A stretch of 64,000 nucleotides of DNA from the human T2T-CHM13v2.0 reference genome, Homo sapiens. The stretch lies in NCBI RefSeq assembly GCF_009914755.1, contig NC_060936.1. One strand, written 5' to 3'. Position 1 is the stretch's first letter. Every line of letters begins with the position of its first letter. The notes beneath the pieces were generated by a model. It did no database searches, was not told the DNA's origin, and saw only the letters and a program-made list of their open reading frames with translations. Positions 1-14,749 of this stretch are shown here, in pieces. The position numbers and the translations under genes were made by a program.

Positions 1-2458
1 TTAACAAAATTTTTAGCTATTGATAAAATAAAGCTATTTTAAAGTCCATGAAAAACATGTAATCAAAATGTTCATAAGGAAGTTAGAAATATGTGCAAAA
101 TAGGATAAAATAGGATTCATCATATAAAAATGCAAATTATCATAACTGCAGAAAAATAGTTTGAAAATAGCATGTTTGGATACTAAAATAACTTAGAAAT
201 CCATAGCACTGAATAATGTTAAAAAAATTCTGAGTGCAAAGTTAGACCTCAGCATATCTTACAGTGTAATGATAAAATCACAGAGCTATCCATTATGCTT
301 TGGATAAAGTTCAAAACCCTCTAAGATAGTTTACAAAGCATCAGCAATCTACTACCTGCAAAATTGTACAAATTCTCCTCTCTATTTGCTTTTCTTGATA
401 TATTAAGAATGATTCTTTGACTTCTGGCCTGTGCAATAGTTTAATTTTTTAATCAGGGTGAATTATAGCATTCTTTCCTAAATAATTATCACAGGGATAA
501 GAGCATACAATTTTGTGGATTAAATATGAGTTACATTTTGTACATGTTTGGTGTGAGTTGGCACCCTGAAAAATTACATTGTGATACCCAAGAGGAAGTT
601 CAATAACTCTGGTAGTGATTTATATTTAAATTTTAGTGGAAGGAAGGCTGCTGTTCTGTTAGTTTCTGTCTGGCCATACTGGGTAACTACAGATGACCTT
701 TGTTCTAAACATATTGGCTTGTGTCATACTAATTGTTAATTATTTTTAATATCTTCTTCAAATAGAAGATTGTGACTGGATTTTCCTAGGGAGAAATTAA
801 GATGCAGACAGAAATAGGTGAGGAGTCCAAAACAAATCCCAATCCATATTCTGCTTTACATTAATAAACAGGAATGAATGCATAGACTTGTATGGAAATG
901 GAAGCCTGCCATCTATACAATCTGAAGTTTATGTTCATTTGAAAGGCAATATCTACTAGCTCTTTGAAATTAATGTGCCTAATATCTTAACTGTAATCTT
1001 TGCCAATATAAAATACATAGTTGTTTAATTTTTTCAAAAGTTATTTTCCTAAGATGCTGTTAAGAAATTGTTAATAATTCCTCATGCATCAATTTATTGA
1101 CAGCTAAAATAATTATTTTTCCATTTCTAAACTTTGGGAAAATATTGATCAAGGCAATTCATATTGTTTTTGTTTATTTATTCAGTTGGGATTCATGTAT
1201 AACTTCAATAGTTTGTGGCAAGGCATTTTGTATCACATGCTTTGGCAGAAAGATGATTTTATTTATTCTTTAGATATTACCATTTTGAAATAAGTTTCCC
1301 AAAGTGATTTTCTTCTTTCCATTTCCTACTGTGTGCTTAAAAAGGGATTATAATTTCTAAATGCTTTTGTTGGACTCCCCTGTCTCAGATACATTCATCT
1401 TTTACCGGAAATCAGCCTTCACAAAAGAAATAATATTCAGCATGAGGTCATTATTATTCTGTATTTTCATGTCCAGTAGATGATTTATTTCAGAACCTCA
1501 TTTTCTCATCATATGGTTTTATTCAGCTTACTGATAATGTTTACTTTGTTCAGAATGAATTCCCAAAATAGAATGATTGGACTGGAAGAGACCTCAGGAC
1601 ACTGTTTCATTTTTCCCTCCATCACTAAGTACTTAAATTGTAAGTTCTATAATGAAGACTTCATTTTTAAAAAATAAAACTTTTTACCCACTCACTCTTC
1701 ATTTTACTTCTTCCCAAATGCATTTCCTCTAGGATTTGTTTATTTGTTTAAAATAGACAAGTAGATTTTAAATATTTAATCTTTAAAAACATGTAGTAAA
1801 ATATTTCATCATTTCTGCCAGCCATTGATCCCTAAGCAGTTAATTATATAAAATTACACAGAGCCACCCCCATGTACCTCAGAAATGTTTAACCTTTGGT
1901 TTCTCTACAGATGAATGTGCTTTCCCCTGGAGTTTTTCTTTGGGTGCACAGATGTGGTTCTCAGCTTCACTGCAGTTTGAGAAGCTCAGACTACCTTGAG
2001 AGACAGGTGCATGCAAAGTAGTGAAGGCAAACCAGCAATCAACATAATGGTATTAGTTATCTGTTAGTCCCTGGTCCCAGAAGAAGGCAGTTACTGACTG
2101 ATGTTTTCATGATCCCTAGCAAAGAGACAGAGAAAAAGAGGGGCAGGGGTGGAAGAGAGACAGAGATTCTATAGTTCTCTCTATTTATTAGAAAGTAGAT
2201 GCTATCAATTTGACTGGAGTTTATCTAGTCCCAGGAATGATTCCACAGGAAACATCACTGAAGAACCCTGAAGGAGTCATGAAAAGTAGATCTTATGAGC
2301 CAGTCATTTTATTAAATAAAAACACAAAAAAGTTGAGCATCTGAAATATGTAAAGCTCATTAATAGGCATAATACGTTTTATTTTCATTTAATCTTCACA
2401 ACAACCTTTGGGTGTAGGGATTTTTATTCCTATTACCAAGACTTTCTATCATCTATGT

Positions 2459-3054
2459 TGTAGGGGCCAAGGGAAAACTTTCCCTTCACCCTCTTAAAGT
2501 TTACTTTAAGGCAGATTAATAGAAGGAAGTGCAGACAAATTTATTAACGTGCATAGGGGAGAATCACAGAATGATTACCTCACCACACAGGAGGGTTCAG
2601 ATGTTTTTAGACCCTTCTTTTTATGGGACAGGAAGATGGAGAAGTGTGGATAATATTAGGGGCATAGTAACTGACTTTTAGGGGCATTTCATAGGTTTGA
2701 AAAACATACAATGGCCTAGAAAAATATCTACTGGGCCCACAGAGCAAAGAGTGGTTTGTGACAAAAGTCTGTCCAGGTGTGTTGTCAGATGTAAGCCTCC
2801 TTCCTGAGGTGTGAGTTCAGTTAATGAAAACTCAGGGAAAGGGTAATTGTTTTAACTAGAGGTAATTATTTTGTCTTTGGAGGGTCTGAACTTTATATAC
2901 ATAAGGGCACTTCAGAGAACAAATTCATTTTGTGCGTTGGGAGAGAAGATTGAGAGACAAGAGTAGGCGACAAGTCAGAGAGACCTTGAGGCTTCTTTTT
3001 CAGTTCAGCATTTCAAACACTGTATCTTGGGGTACTGCTTTCTGAGCCCCAAAA
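2459..3054 (-). mobile_element. ERV1 (MER4-group; MER39/MER34/LTR48-like) solo LTR
   Basis: Minus strand begins TTTTGGGGCTCAGAAAGCAGTACCCCAAGA and ends CCCTTGGCCCCTACA. 4-bp TSD ATGT at 2455-2458 and 3055-3058. Exact subfamily uncertain. Confidence 0.8.
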
Positions 3055-4639
3055 ATGTTCTGAGGCAGTATCAAGAGTTTCCTGTCTTTAAAATGGCATG
3101 ACTAATTTTAAAAAATACTTGACAGCATTGGGAAGTAAAAGTCTTATCTAGTGCTTCCTTCCAAGAGAAACCCTAAAGATAGCTAAATAGAACTCAAATA
3201 TTTTGGGATTAAAATTGTATGTCATTTATCTCATGCTTATTTTTATAATGATCCAAGATCTTGACTCTGTAATTGCCCCTCTGAATTTAGTGAATTTAGC
3301 AATCTTATGGTTTATTTCACTTTTTCAAAAGAAACAGGTTATTAAAAATATAATCACAATTTATATTCCTTACCACATTTTGAACCAGGACTAATGCTAA
3401 CATTAAAATATTTAAGTCTAATAGTGCAGAAATATGGACCATATATTTTTAAGTCTAAAAACTAAAAACAAAAGCAAATGAAGGTTAGAATTAGCACAAT
3501 TGAGATGTTATTTATCTAACAAAATTATTTTTTATTCAACTGTACTCTGCAAAGAATATATATATTAATTTTCTCTCTCAAAACGTAATTATTTCTCTAA
3601 ACCTATATTTCTTAATGGTGAAACAATCAGAATGTTTTTGGAATAAGCATTAAGTATATGAAGTTAGGGGTTAAAATTGTGTTTGTAATTACCTGTTATT
3701 AATATGAAAAACAGATTAATGACTCTGAAACTACTGAAAATATCTTTTCATATATTACTTTCATCCTGAACGTGGTAATAATTATGCTATAATTGCTAGT
3801 TAGCTAAACATTTATGTACATGTGATTATATTGTAATTTTAGCTAAAGATGTTTACACCAAATATGGAAAGATATTACTATGCAATTAGATATTTTCTCT
3901 ACCTCTCTATGTTATATATTTACATGGTAAATTGGCTGCATAAAATTTACCTTATAAACATGTATATTTATAAAAATATTTTAGAGTAAACTATGTAGTT
4001 AATATAAAGGATGTTATTATATTTTAAGGTAATTGGAAAATTTTCACCTAAAATAAAATATACTTTTCCTAAGAAATTATGTTTTAGGGGAAGTTTGTAT
4101 TCTCGATAATCTCTCATTTGCTTAGAGATCATCCATTTGCAAACTGCGTAGACCCTTGTCATCTATAAGGTAAATATTCTAACAATTTTGAGACTCTCCA
4201 AATACATAAAAGGCACTATAATATGTAATTCACCAATGAAAGACAGTGAAACCTATCTGAAAAATGTAAGCAAGCCCTATAGACCTTTAGTAATTTTATA
4301 AATACAGGACTAAAGTCATTTATAAATTATACAAATATATTCTGAATGAGCTCTCACTAAAACCACTTTCTATATCACTTTTTAAAATGTTAACACTGTA
4401 TATGAATTATTCATGAAATAGAAACCATTGCCAAATTAGATATTCCTGTTTTTGTTTTCTGTTAAATTTATATTTTCTAGCTAAGAATCATCACTTTCTG
4501 GGTCTTAATTCAACAAAATTATAGGCCAAGCTCTATTTTAGGCTCTACAGCTAGTTATACTTACCTGCCTGCATAGAGCTTACATTGGTTTTGTTCTTTT
4601 CTATTACCATTGCTGCTAATTTGTTTTGTATCGTGTTTA

Positions 4640-5040
4640 TAATGAAATCTAAACCAGATGCCATAAAGTATCTTGTATGACCTGTCTGCCTCCTTCCTCA
4701 ATCTCATGTCTTACTGCTCCCTCTGTGCAGTTCTACTCTAGACATACTAGCCTCCATTCTCTTTATGCAATACTGATATGCTTAACTTTTTCTCGGTTCT
4801 GCTTCCTCTGGTTAGAGTTTTCTTTCTCAACTCTTTTCATGCCTAGGTTAGGTAAGCATCCCCGCTGAGATCCTCTGTGGCTATAATGTTTCCTTCCCCC
4901 CATTATATCACTCTGCCGTTAACTTTTAACACAATTTATGTACCTGTTTCTGTCTCTTCCATACAGAAATGTAAGCTGGAGAATATACAAAGCATGGTAA
5001 ACACAAAATAAATAAGTATTTGATTAATGAATAAATAAAT
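4640..5040 (+). mobile_element. L2 3' end fragment
   Basis: Pyrimidine-rich L2-like body ending in AATAAGTATTTGATTAATGAATAAATAAAT, an L2-type tail. Boundaries approximate. Confidence 0.6.
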
Positions 5041-6519
5041 AGAAACTAGCTAGAAAGAAAATCATTTCTGTAATCTTTCCTTGACAAATGCTGCTTTCTA
5101 TACCTTGGAGATTCACAATATAAATTAGTATATTAAAGGCTCTGCATATTTTGTAGTAAATAAACTTTCTTTTACCCAGAGTTTTCCAAGCTTTTTTGAA
5201 CATGAAAACTTTTTTGTTTGTTTATTTTGTTTTAAAATAATGTCTATTAACATCTTCCTTAGCTATTGTTCTTTGGAACACTTGCTGTAAAAGGTGAGCC
5301 TTCTCTTCTTCTATTGAGATCTTCATAATCCAGAATATAATTAAAACAAGCAATCTAATAAATATATGAAAAGTTTAAAGTATTGAGAGGGCCAGTGTGT
5401 GTTTTCTGAGTGAACAAAGTTCAGTTCTAGAAGAAAAAGGCATTTTGCCATTAGCTTTCTAGCCCATGGTTGACAGTTGATGGAACAGTACATGGAGCAA
5501 TATGTTTTCCTTTTGCTTTCTAAATTTGTATTAAGCCCATAGCAATTCTGCAGCAAATTTAATGATGTTGTGGGAAAAATGTCTAATATAAAATATTTTA
5601 TTATAAAAGTATCAGAACATTAAGGCTATACTATATCTGCCTCTATATTTGACAGCAGAGAAAAAAGTACTACAGTTGTAAGGAAGGGAGGTAGAATGAT
5701 TTTAGAAATGAAAATGAAAACCTGAACCGTATAGGCATGATTCCCTAGTGCTCAGCTCTGTGGGATGTTTTTATTGTATTTTGTGTTTGACAAAACATAG
5801 TTTTTCATGTTCAGATTTTGGGGAAGTTTAGCCTGTTCTGGCATAATGGATTAAGTTATAAGGTCTCTTGCCATTTCACAAATGATATGTTGAAATTTAT
5901 TTGCTACAATTCCTCATGAAACAACTTCAAATTGCTAATAAAAAGAGGAGATGCAACTTTAAAAGACTTGGAAGTCTTCTAAGGGGCATTTTTTTTTTCT
6001 ACTCTTCTTATTTGGAAGGATAAAAAATATTGAAAAGTGAATTGCAAGTGAAATAAAGAAACTCTGCTTTAGATGTTGGACCTTATTTCATTTTTCACAA
6101 ACTATTAATCATCAAAACTTTAAAAGAACACTAAAGACTATCTCCACTAAATCCAGATGATTAGACTGAAATTCCATCTGCCTAAATTATTATCAGTTTT
6201 TGAAAGTATACTAACAAATAGATTGTGTTCCTTGAGAACGTGTCACAAATTGATTCCTTTTTAAAATGGGTTTTAGGTGAACCTAAAATAGACAAATCAA
6301 CTGGTAGACTTTTTTATTTAACTGGATTACATAGACTGAACCATTATTCTGATGGCCCTTTTAAGAAACATTCAGAAATATTAAGGGATTGTCTAAAATT
6401 CCATCCAAACTCATTTCCCACCATCATAAATGAACTAAAGTTTATTCATAACTATGGATTCTATCCACAACTACAATGGATTTTAAGACCCATTCATATT
6501 TATTTCTTGACCTCTTTTT

Positions 6520-6650
6520 ACTAAGCACTTAATGTGTGTGAGCTCATTTCATTCTCACAACAACCCTGAGGTAGACATTAAACACTATTATAATTTACAG
6601 AGTAGGAAAGGGGCCAGAATTCAAAAACTGCCTCTTTGCAAGCATAGTTA
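6520..6650 (-). mobile_element. MIR fragment
   Basis: CTCATTTCATTCTCACAACAACCCTGAGGTAG...TTTACAGA is the reverse-strand MIR core. Confidence 0.6.
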
Positions 6651-7082
6651 CTTCCTGACAATTGGTGTTGAAGACTAGAGATGTAAACTTTGAATTAAGG
6701 TAGAAAGAATGAGTAGTTGAAAGCAAATGAACATGTGTAAATGTTAAGGAGAGGATTGTAGATAAAGACAGTAGGAAGCAACTGTAAACTAAGTTTTTTT
6801 TTTCTTTCCTAATAATAGGATTCAATATGAAAGGTCAGGAAGAGGAGCCTCCCTTTTGGAGGTCTAAGAAAAAAAGATTGGTTTCTGAGAAAAATGGTAA
6901 AGTTTTCAAGGAAGGAAGTCAATAGTGTTAAAGAAGTCATTGATGTCAGAATTTCATGTAGTTGGTCTGCATTTTTGAGTGGAGGTACCTCAGCCATTGA
7001 CTAAGACAGCCACATCATATCCAGATGAGATACTGAAAACCACCAAATAGAACATAACCATAACTAGTTATGTTCAATTTGA

Positions 7083-7450
7083 ATCATTCACTGAGCATTT
7101 ACTGAGCCCCTACTATATTCCAAGAACTTGGTTAGCTTTTTTTCTATATAAAGACATTTGCCCTATTCCTAACAGATGGTGTATAGAATAAGAGATACAT
7201 GGGTAATTATGACACATCTTGTAAATATTATAAAAAAGGATCAGAAAGAGGTTGTGGGTCAGTGCTACTTTGGTGGAAGTTAGTTGGGCAGAATCAAAGA
7301 TTTTTTTTTTTCTGAAAGTGTGATTTAAACTATGATATACTTGAAGGCTAACTAGGAGAGATTAGAAACTGAATTAAGAGATGAGGTATATGCAAAGCAT
7401 GGGATGTGAAATAACTCAATGTCTGTGGAAGGCCACACATCACTGGGGTG
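7083..7450 (-). mobile_element. L2 3' end fragment
   Basis: ATCATTCACTGAGCATTTACTGAGCCCCTACTATATTCCAAG matches the reverse complement of the L2 3' end. Confidence 0.55.
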
Positions 7451-7541
7451 GGATGACCTTATTAAAAGAGGTTTTTCACTTTTCCTTGATCCCTTAATTA
7501 TCTTGTCCATGTTTAACCTCCATTAGTGTCATTTAGGCATA

Positions 7542-7878
7542 CAGTCAAGCACTGCATGATGGCATTTCAGTTAATGATGGACCACATATATGACGGTGGT
7601 CCCCTAAGATTATAATACTGTACCTTGTCTATGTTTAGAAATGTTTAGATACATAAATGCTTACCATTGTGTTACAGTTGCCTACAGTATTCAGTACAGT
7701 AACATGCTAGATAGGTTTTTATCCTAGGAGTAACAATCTATACCATACGGATTAGGTATGTAGTAGGCTCTACCATCTAGGTTTGCATAAGTACACTGTA
7801 TGATACTCGCGCAATGACAAAATCCTCTAAAGATGCATTTCTCAGAAGATATCCCTATAGTTAAGCAATGCATGACTG
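7542..7878 (+). mobile_element. Tigger3a (TcMar-Tigger non-autonomous DNA transposon)
   Basis: TIRs CAGTCAAGCA...TGCATGACTG, flanking TA duplication (7540-41, 7879-80), internal GACGGTGGTCCCCTAAGATTATAA, about 340 bp. Confidence 0.9.
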
Positions 7879-8882
7879 TAATCATATTTATCCTTTGATT
7901 TACTTGTATTATGACAATTAACTACAATTCCAAAATTGGCTGTCATTCTATAAAATTCCACAGATCACAAACATAATTACCCATAGTAGCCAAGAAAGCA
8001 AAGTTCCAGAGTGAAGCTGGCAGGATGAAAGTATTTGCACGCTTCCTGAGTTTGGTGGAGCTCAAGTAAGACGGAGGAGACTCTGTCTGTGCCTTGGGGA
8101 GGCAGGGCTTGTGTTGTTGCCATGGAAGAAAAGAAAATTGGTTTCAAGTAAAAGCACTTTTATTCAGAAATAGGTTTTAAATACTCTAACTGATCAGTGT
8201 ACTCTAGAACTAATTTAGGTCAATAACATTAGCTGCCTCTTACATATTCATGTTTTCACATTCAAATAAGTTATTGATTGAACATTTATAATATGGAATA
8301 TTTATCTCTATTTCATATATGATTCTTTTAATATAATTCTTTTGATATGGTAGTTCTTTTGATATGATAGTCCTTTTGATAATTTTATTCTTCTCTGAAA
8401 GTGCTGCATATTTTCTGTTATGTATTAATTTGTTTTGGAAAGAGAATTAAATGCAAAACATATAGTTCTGATAGCAGAACTATGAGTTGACTGTAGTAAG
8501 CAAAAGCAGTTTAAGTATTCACTGAGGACAACACAGTAATAGGAACACTCAGCCTAATTCTATAAACACGACATCTATTAGGAGAGGCATAAAATTTACA
8601 TTTTGCCTTAGGTCATGATTTTCAACTGTTGGAGAAAGATATAACAGAGGAATTGATGTGCAAAGAAACATTTCTACTCCTGACAATAGAAATATTTAAG
8701 TGTACTTTTAAAATTACCAACTTAAATATTAGGAATGGCATATGAAACATGCATCTCAACTCCACCCCCAATAAATCTGGTGACATGGTGTTTTATAATC
8801 AGATACAGAAAGAGTTAATAGCAACAGTTTAAAAATATTTAGTTAATGCAGATAAATTACCCAATATCCTCATAATTTGCAA

Positions 8883-9025
8883 AGTTGGCAATACTCTAGG
8901 TCAGTGGATTATCAGAAAAGCACCTAAAACTTAAAAAGCTTTACTAGAAAATAATCATAATTCAATGATTACCAATGTATATCTTGTTTAGAGAATTAAC
9001 CATTTGTGAGTGTGTGTGTATGTGT
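8883..9025 (+). repeat. Local direct duplication, copy 1 (about 143 bp)
   Basis: Aligns to 9965-10108 with about 10 differences by eye. Confidence 0.95.
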
Positions 9026-9779
9026 AGAGGAAAATGCACATGCACATGTGTATGTATAAAAAGAAAATATTCAAATTGCCAATATAGGAACATTTATTTA
9101 GGAATAATTAGAATCATCTAATCATAGAATTACTAGAGACTTTTAGGGATTATTCAGTCCCAGTGAACAGCCTTAACCTAACCTTCCAATTCTGTATGTT
9201 TTCTTTGTCTTCATTCTTTTGATGTCTCCACAGTACTTGGTTATGGCATCAACTGAAAAATAGTTTAAGTATAATTTTGTTAGATATTTGATATAATTTT
9301 CCAAGTAATAATATCATTAAAAGTTTAACTTTCTTTTCACATATCATATAACGCTTTTGACTCTCCTACAGAGTAATAGGGGAAAAAGTTTATAATAAAT
9401 CTGATAAAACCCATGATGACAATTATCTTTTTCTTGGTTTGCTTCCAAGTTTTCTTGTCTTTGCTTTCACTGGTGTATAGTCTAGTTCCCTTAAGTTAAT
9501 TTCTAACACAATGGAATATTAAAATTAATTCATGAATTAATCTAGTAAAAGTATCATGTTTTCTTAACACATATATTTTTAAAAGGCCGTTTTGTGTTTG
9601 TAGACACAAATCTTATTTTACAGAATATTATCAATTCTGAAAACAATTTTATCAAAAAATTACAAACACGAAAATCAGCCAGTAAGCAAAATGCTGTTCC
9701 TCGTTTTTTACAATCATTGTAAGTTGTTGTTAAGACACCTTTGATTCCACATTCACCTGCTTCAACCTTTATTCTCTCC

Positions 9780-10260
9780 CTGTTACTCTGTAGGTTTCTT
9801 TGCTGCTTCTCGCACTTTGAATTGCTATATTCGTCGATACTTGGTCCTTACCCATTTGCCTTTTCTTTCGGCATTTTCTCCAGCAATATTATCTCTTATT
9901 TCAATGTCAGCAATTATTTCAACAGATATCCCTTGCTTTAACCTCTCCCTGAGCTCTAATCCAGAGTTGGCTGTACTCTAGATCAGTGGATCATCAGAAA
10001 AGCACCTAAAACTTAAAAAAGCTTTACTAGAAAATCATCATAATTCAATGATTATCAATGTACTTCTTGTTTAGAGAATTAACCATTTGTGAGTGTGTGT
10101 GTACGTGTCTCCTCCTGGACATATTTACCTGAATGTTTGTCACCTCAGTATGGGCACCAAATTCATTAACCTCTATGCCCAACTTACTCCTCTTACAAAT
10201 TCCATTTCTTTCTATGGCATCATAATATTCCCAGTCACTGTGCACATCATTTTTAATTGT
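9780..10260 (+). mobile_element. L2 fragment (interrupted)
   Basis: L2 motifs ACCTCTCCCCTGAGCTC, GGACATATTTACCTGAATG and CAAATTCATT. Boundaries approximate. Confidence 0.55.
9965..10108 (+). repeat. Local direct duplication, copy 2, interrupting an L2 fragment
   Basis: Copy of 8883-9025, flanked by collinear L2-like sequence (ACCTCTCCCCTGAGCTCT...CTCCTGGACATATTTACCTGAATG). Confidence 0.93.
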
Positions 10261-10932
10261 GCTCTGAATAAACCAAAGTTTCTCAGTGGAGCCTCTGAAA
10301 TCCAGTGGGAGACTCTTTATATGGAGCTCTGGGCTTCATGCTCTCCTCCCCCTTTGAAACAGAGCAGCTATACTTTTATTTATTTGATACATGGGGTTTC
10401 TGGATAAAATTATATGTGTAAATGAAATAAGCTGGTAAACAAGCAAGCAAACCTAAAAACCACAGAGGTATTTTAAAAATATTTAAGCCATTTTTAATTA
10501 TTTATTAACATAACACCACTCACATTAACAATCATCATCTCAAAGCTTTTAAACCTATATTTATTTCTGCTGGAAAATTTTGAACTCTCTTTTAACGCCA
10601 GATGATAATGTTGCCATGTATGAGTGAATGCCTGAATATACTAGGTCTCTGAGATGTTTGTAGTCTCTCTCAAGTCTTATCCAAACAATGTATCCCTAAG
10701 AAAACATTATCCTGGTGTATCTCTCTTGTTCAGCAAGTACCTGTGATGGTTAATTTATGTGTCAACTTGACTGGGCCAAGGGGTGACCAAATATTATTCT
10801 GGGTATGTCTGTGAGGGTGTTTCTGGATGAGATTAACAGTTGAATCAGTGGGCTGAGGAAAGCAGATTATCTTTCCTAACTTGGGTGGACCTCAACCAAT
10901 CAATTGAAGACCTGAATAGACTGAAAAGCCTG

Positions 10933-11918
<986 letters not shown>

Positions 11919-12149
11919 AAGGCTGGGTCAGAGGGCACTTTGCCTACTTGACTGTTGAGCTGGGACACTGGCCTCTTCTTGTCCTTGGGCTGGAAGTTTA
12001 ACCATCAGTTCTCATGAATCTCAGGACTCTGGACTCTGAACCTATACCATTAGCTCTCATGGGTCTCCAGCTTGCTAACTGCAGACTTTGGTGCTGTTCA
12101 GCTTTCAGAATTATGTGAGCCAATTCCTTATAATAAGTGTCTAAGTTTG

Positions 12150-12152
<3 letters not shown>

Positions 12153-12192
<40 letters not shown>
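12153..12192 (+). repeat. (AC)n microsatellite
   Basis: Perfect run of about 20 AC units. Confidence 0.98.
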
Positions 12193-12194
<2 letters not shown>

Positions 12195-13256
12195 GAATAT
12201 GATGCTGCAGTGGACAGAAATAAGAGTAGGTTAGGAATACAGAATAAATTTGCATCACCAGCCTTACCACAAATAAAAGAATATATCCTATTGTTCTTGA
12301 TAAACCTGACTAATATAGTTCCCTCTCCATAAAGCACCACTGTCACTCAACTTTGCATGCAATAATCCTCTTCATTCTTCTAGTGATAGCACAAGAAAAG
12401 AAGAAAAACTTCCCTGATGTCTCTAAGCAAAAATTATCTTTTCCCTTAGAAATCATGCAGTATTTTTTTGCATTTCTCTATTTCACATATTACATTTTAT
12501 GCTGCATTATAAATATTGATAAATACGATTTTTGATTTCTACTACTCTAGGATCCCTATTTTTGACTTATATATAATTTATACCTATCTGAATGACTCAT
12601 ATAAAAGAACTTTTAAAAATGTGCTTAATAAATCAATGTATCTTTTTAAATTATTTTAAACAAAAGCAAATAACATAAGCATAATGAGGTAATTTTTCTA
12701 ATTTTGTTAAAGTTATTTGGTGTCAGAGAAGAAAGAAGAAATCACATTTATTAAGTTTTCATTCTTGTTATAGGAAATACTCTTTCATATTTCAGGTGGT
12801 GTACATGTGAACTGTTCACATAATATATTTGTGGCAAATCTAGTGTGAAGTGGCTCAGGCAAGATTCCAAAAAGGCGGAATTCCAGGAGGCTATTGAATT
12901 TTCACTATCAACTTCATAATGAGTTATTTTTTGACTAAGTTTTCATCAGAAACCAGCTATAGATTTAGTCACCAAAAGGTCTTTCCCGCAGAGTTTCTAA
13001 TAAGGCCATCAAAATCCATCTGTTGGAGAAAAGTGTTTTATCTCACAATATGTCTTGAGTTGAGTTGGCTTTATCAAAAATTACACTTCATTCTTTTCTC
13101 ACTCTGCAGAAGCAAGATCTCATCACCAGGCTTACCACAAAAAAGAATGTATATTTCTTCAAGTATCTTTATATCTGAAGTCTCTGTCTTAGCTACTCTT
13201 TTTAAAGTGGTCTATATATACTTAGAATGGACTCAGTTTTCTTTTCTCTTTTCTAA

Positions 13257-13593
<337 letters not shown>

Positions 13594-14749
13594 TCTGTTT
13601 TCTAATTTCAATACAAATCATACTTCACCTGAATGATGTACTATTTTCGCAATGAAGATACAAAGTTTATAGATGGACTGGTGGTTTCTAGTGTAGGTTC
13701 ATGATCTGTATAATCAAAGTGTCTTTTACAGATACGCATCCCAGAATTCTAAAGCCAGGTGTGCTGTATCAGCATTTCCAGAGAGTGTGATAAATATAAA
13801 TATATATACTATATATTATATATGTATATAATAAATACATACATAAATTACATAGTATATATAGCTTGAAGATGCATCCTCCCCTTGGTTTGTAAACCTA
13901 AACTAGATTTGGCAAATAGATAAGAATTTGTTCTGTGGTTCTCCAAAGAACAAAACTAGAGAGGTTGTTATACATTAATAGAGGAAGCTTAAACTTGAAA
14001 GGAAGAATGGAAACTTGCTCATAGTAAGCTAATAAAGGGGGCTCTATTTCACTTCTCTGAACTTGCAAAATACACTGTTAGATTGCTGTGATTGTTTAAT
14101 CAGTGTTTGAAGAACAACCCTCTGGATCTTCTATATCAAAAAATACTGTTAATTTAATTATAAGATTCTATTGTTTTAATAAAGGTATTAGAATTAATAA
14201 TTTTAGATATCACTGGCAGATACTAATGACATCAATTAATACATTTTTAATTAAACCAATACTTCATAAATAAGAATTCTATTAAAATTTATTTTTTCTG
14301 AAATATATTTTCTAAATACTTTCCTAAGGGTTTGTTTCCTAAAATATAAAACTGTACAAAATTTTAGAATGAAAATGGGTATATTATGAATATTACTTGG
14401 GTGAAAACTATTTTGCTCATATGTTATATAAAAATATTTATTTATCATTTCCAGATATAGATATGAAGCTGGGCACTGGGAATACAGAGAAAAGTAATTT
14501 AATTTTAAAATATTTTTTGTGGCCATAGAAGCTTTCAAATTAGCAAGTTTGTATTCATCTTTTAAATTTTATCTCCAGAAACTGGTTTTCTATTTATGTT
14601 ACTAATTTTTTTTCAGTTTGTCTTATGGCAGCCATATCAAATTCCTTCACTTTTTCTTGGGAAGGAGATGAATGTTTTAAAGGATTATGGATTCCAAAAT
14701 AAAATACTTAGCATATAAATTTATGTATTTAATTGTTAATTCATTATTT

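Noticed and set aside
8335-8385. Three copies of a roughly 17-bp unit (TTCTTTTGATATGGTAG), superficially array-like
   Set aside because: Simple tandem slippage with no spacers; eukaryotic context, not CRISPR.
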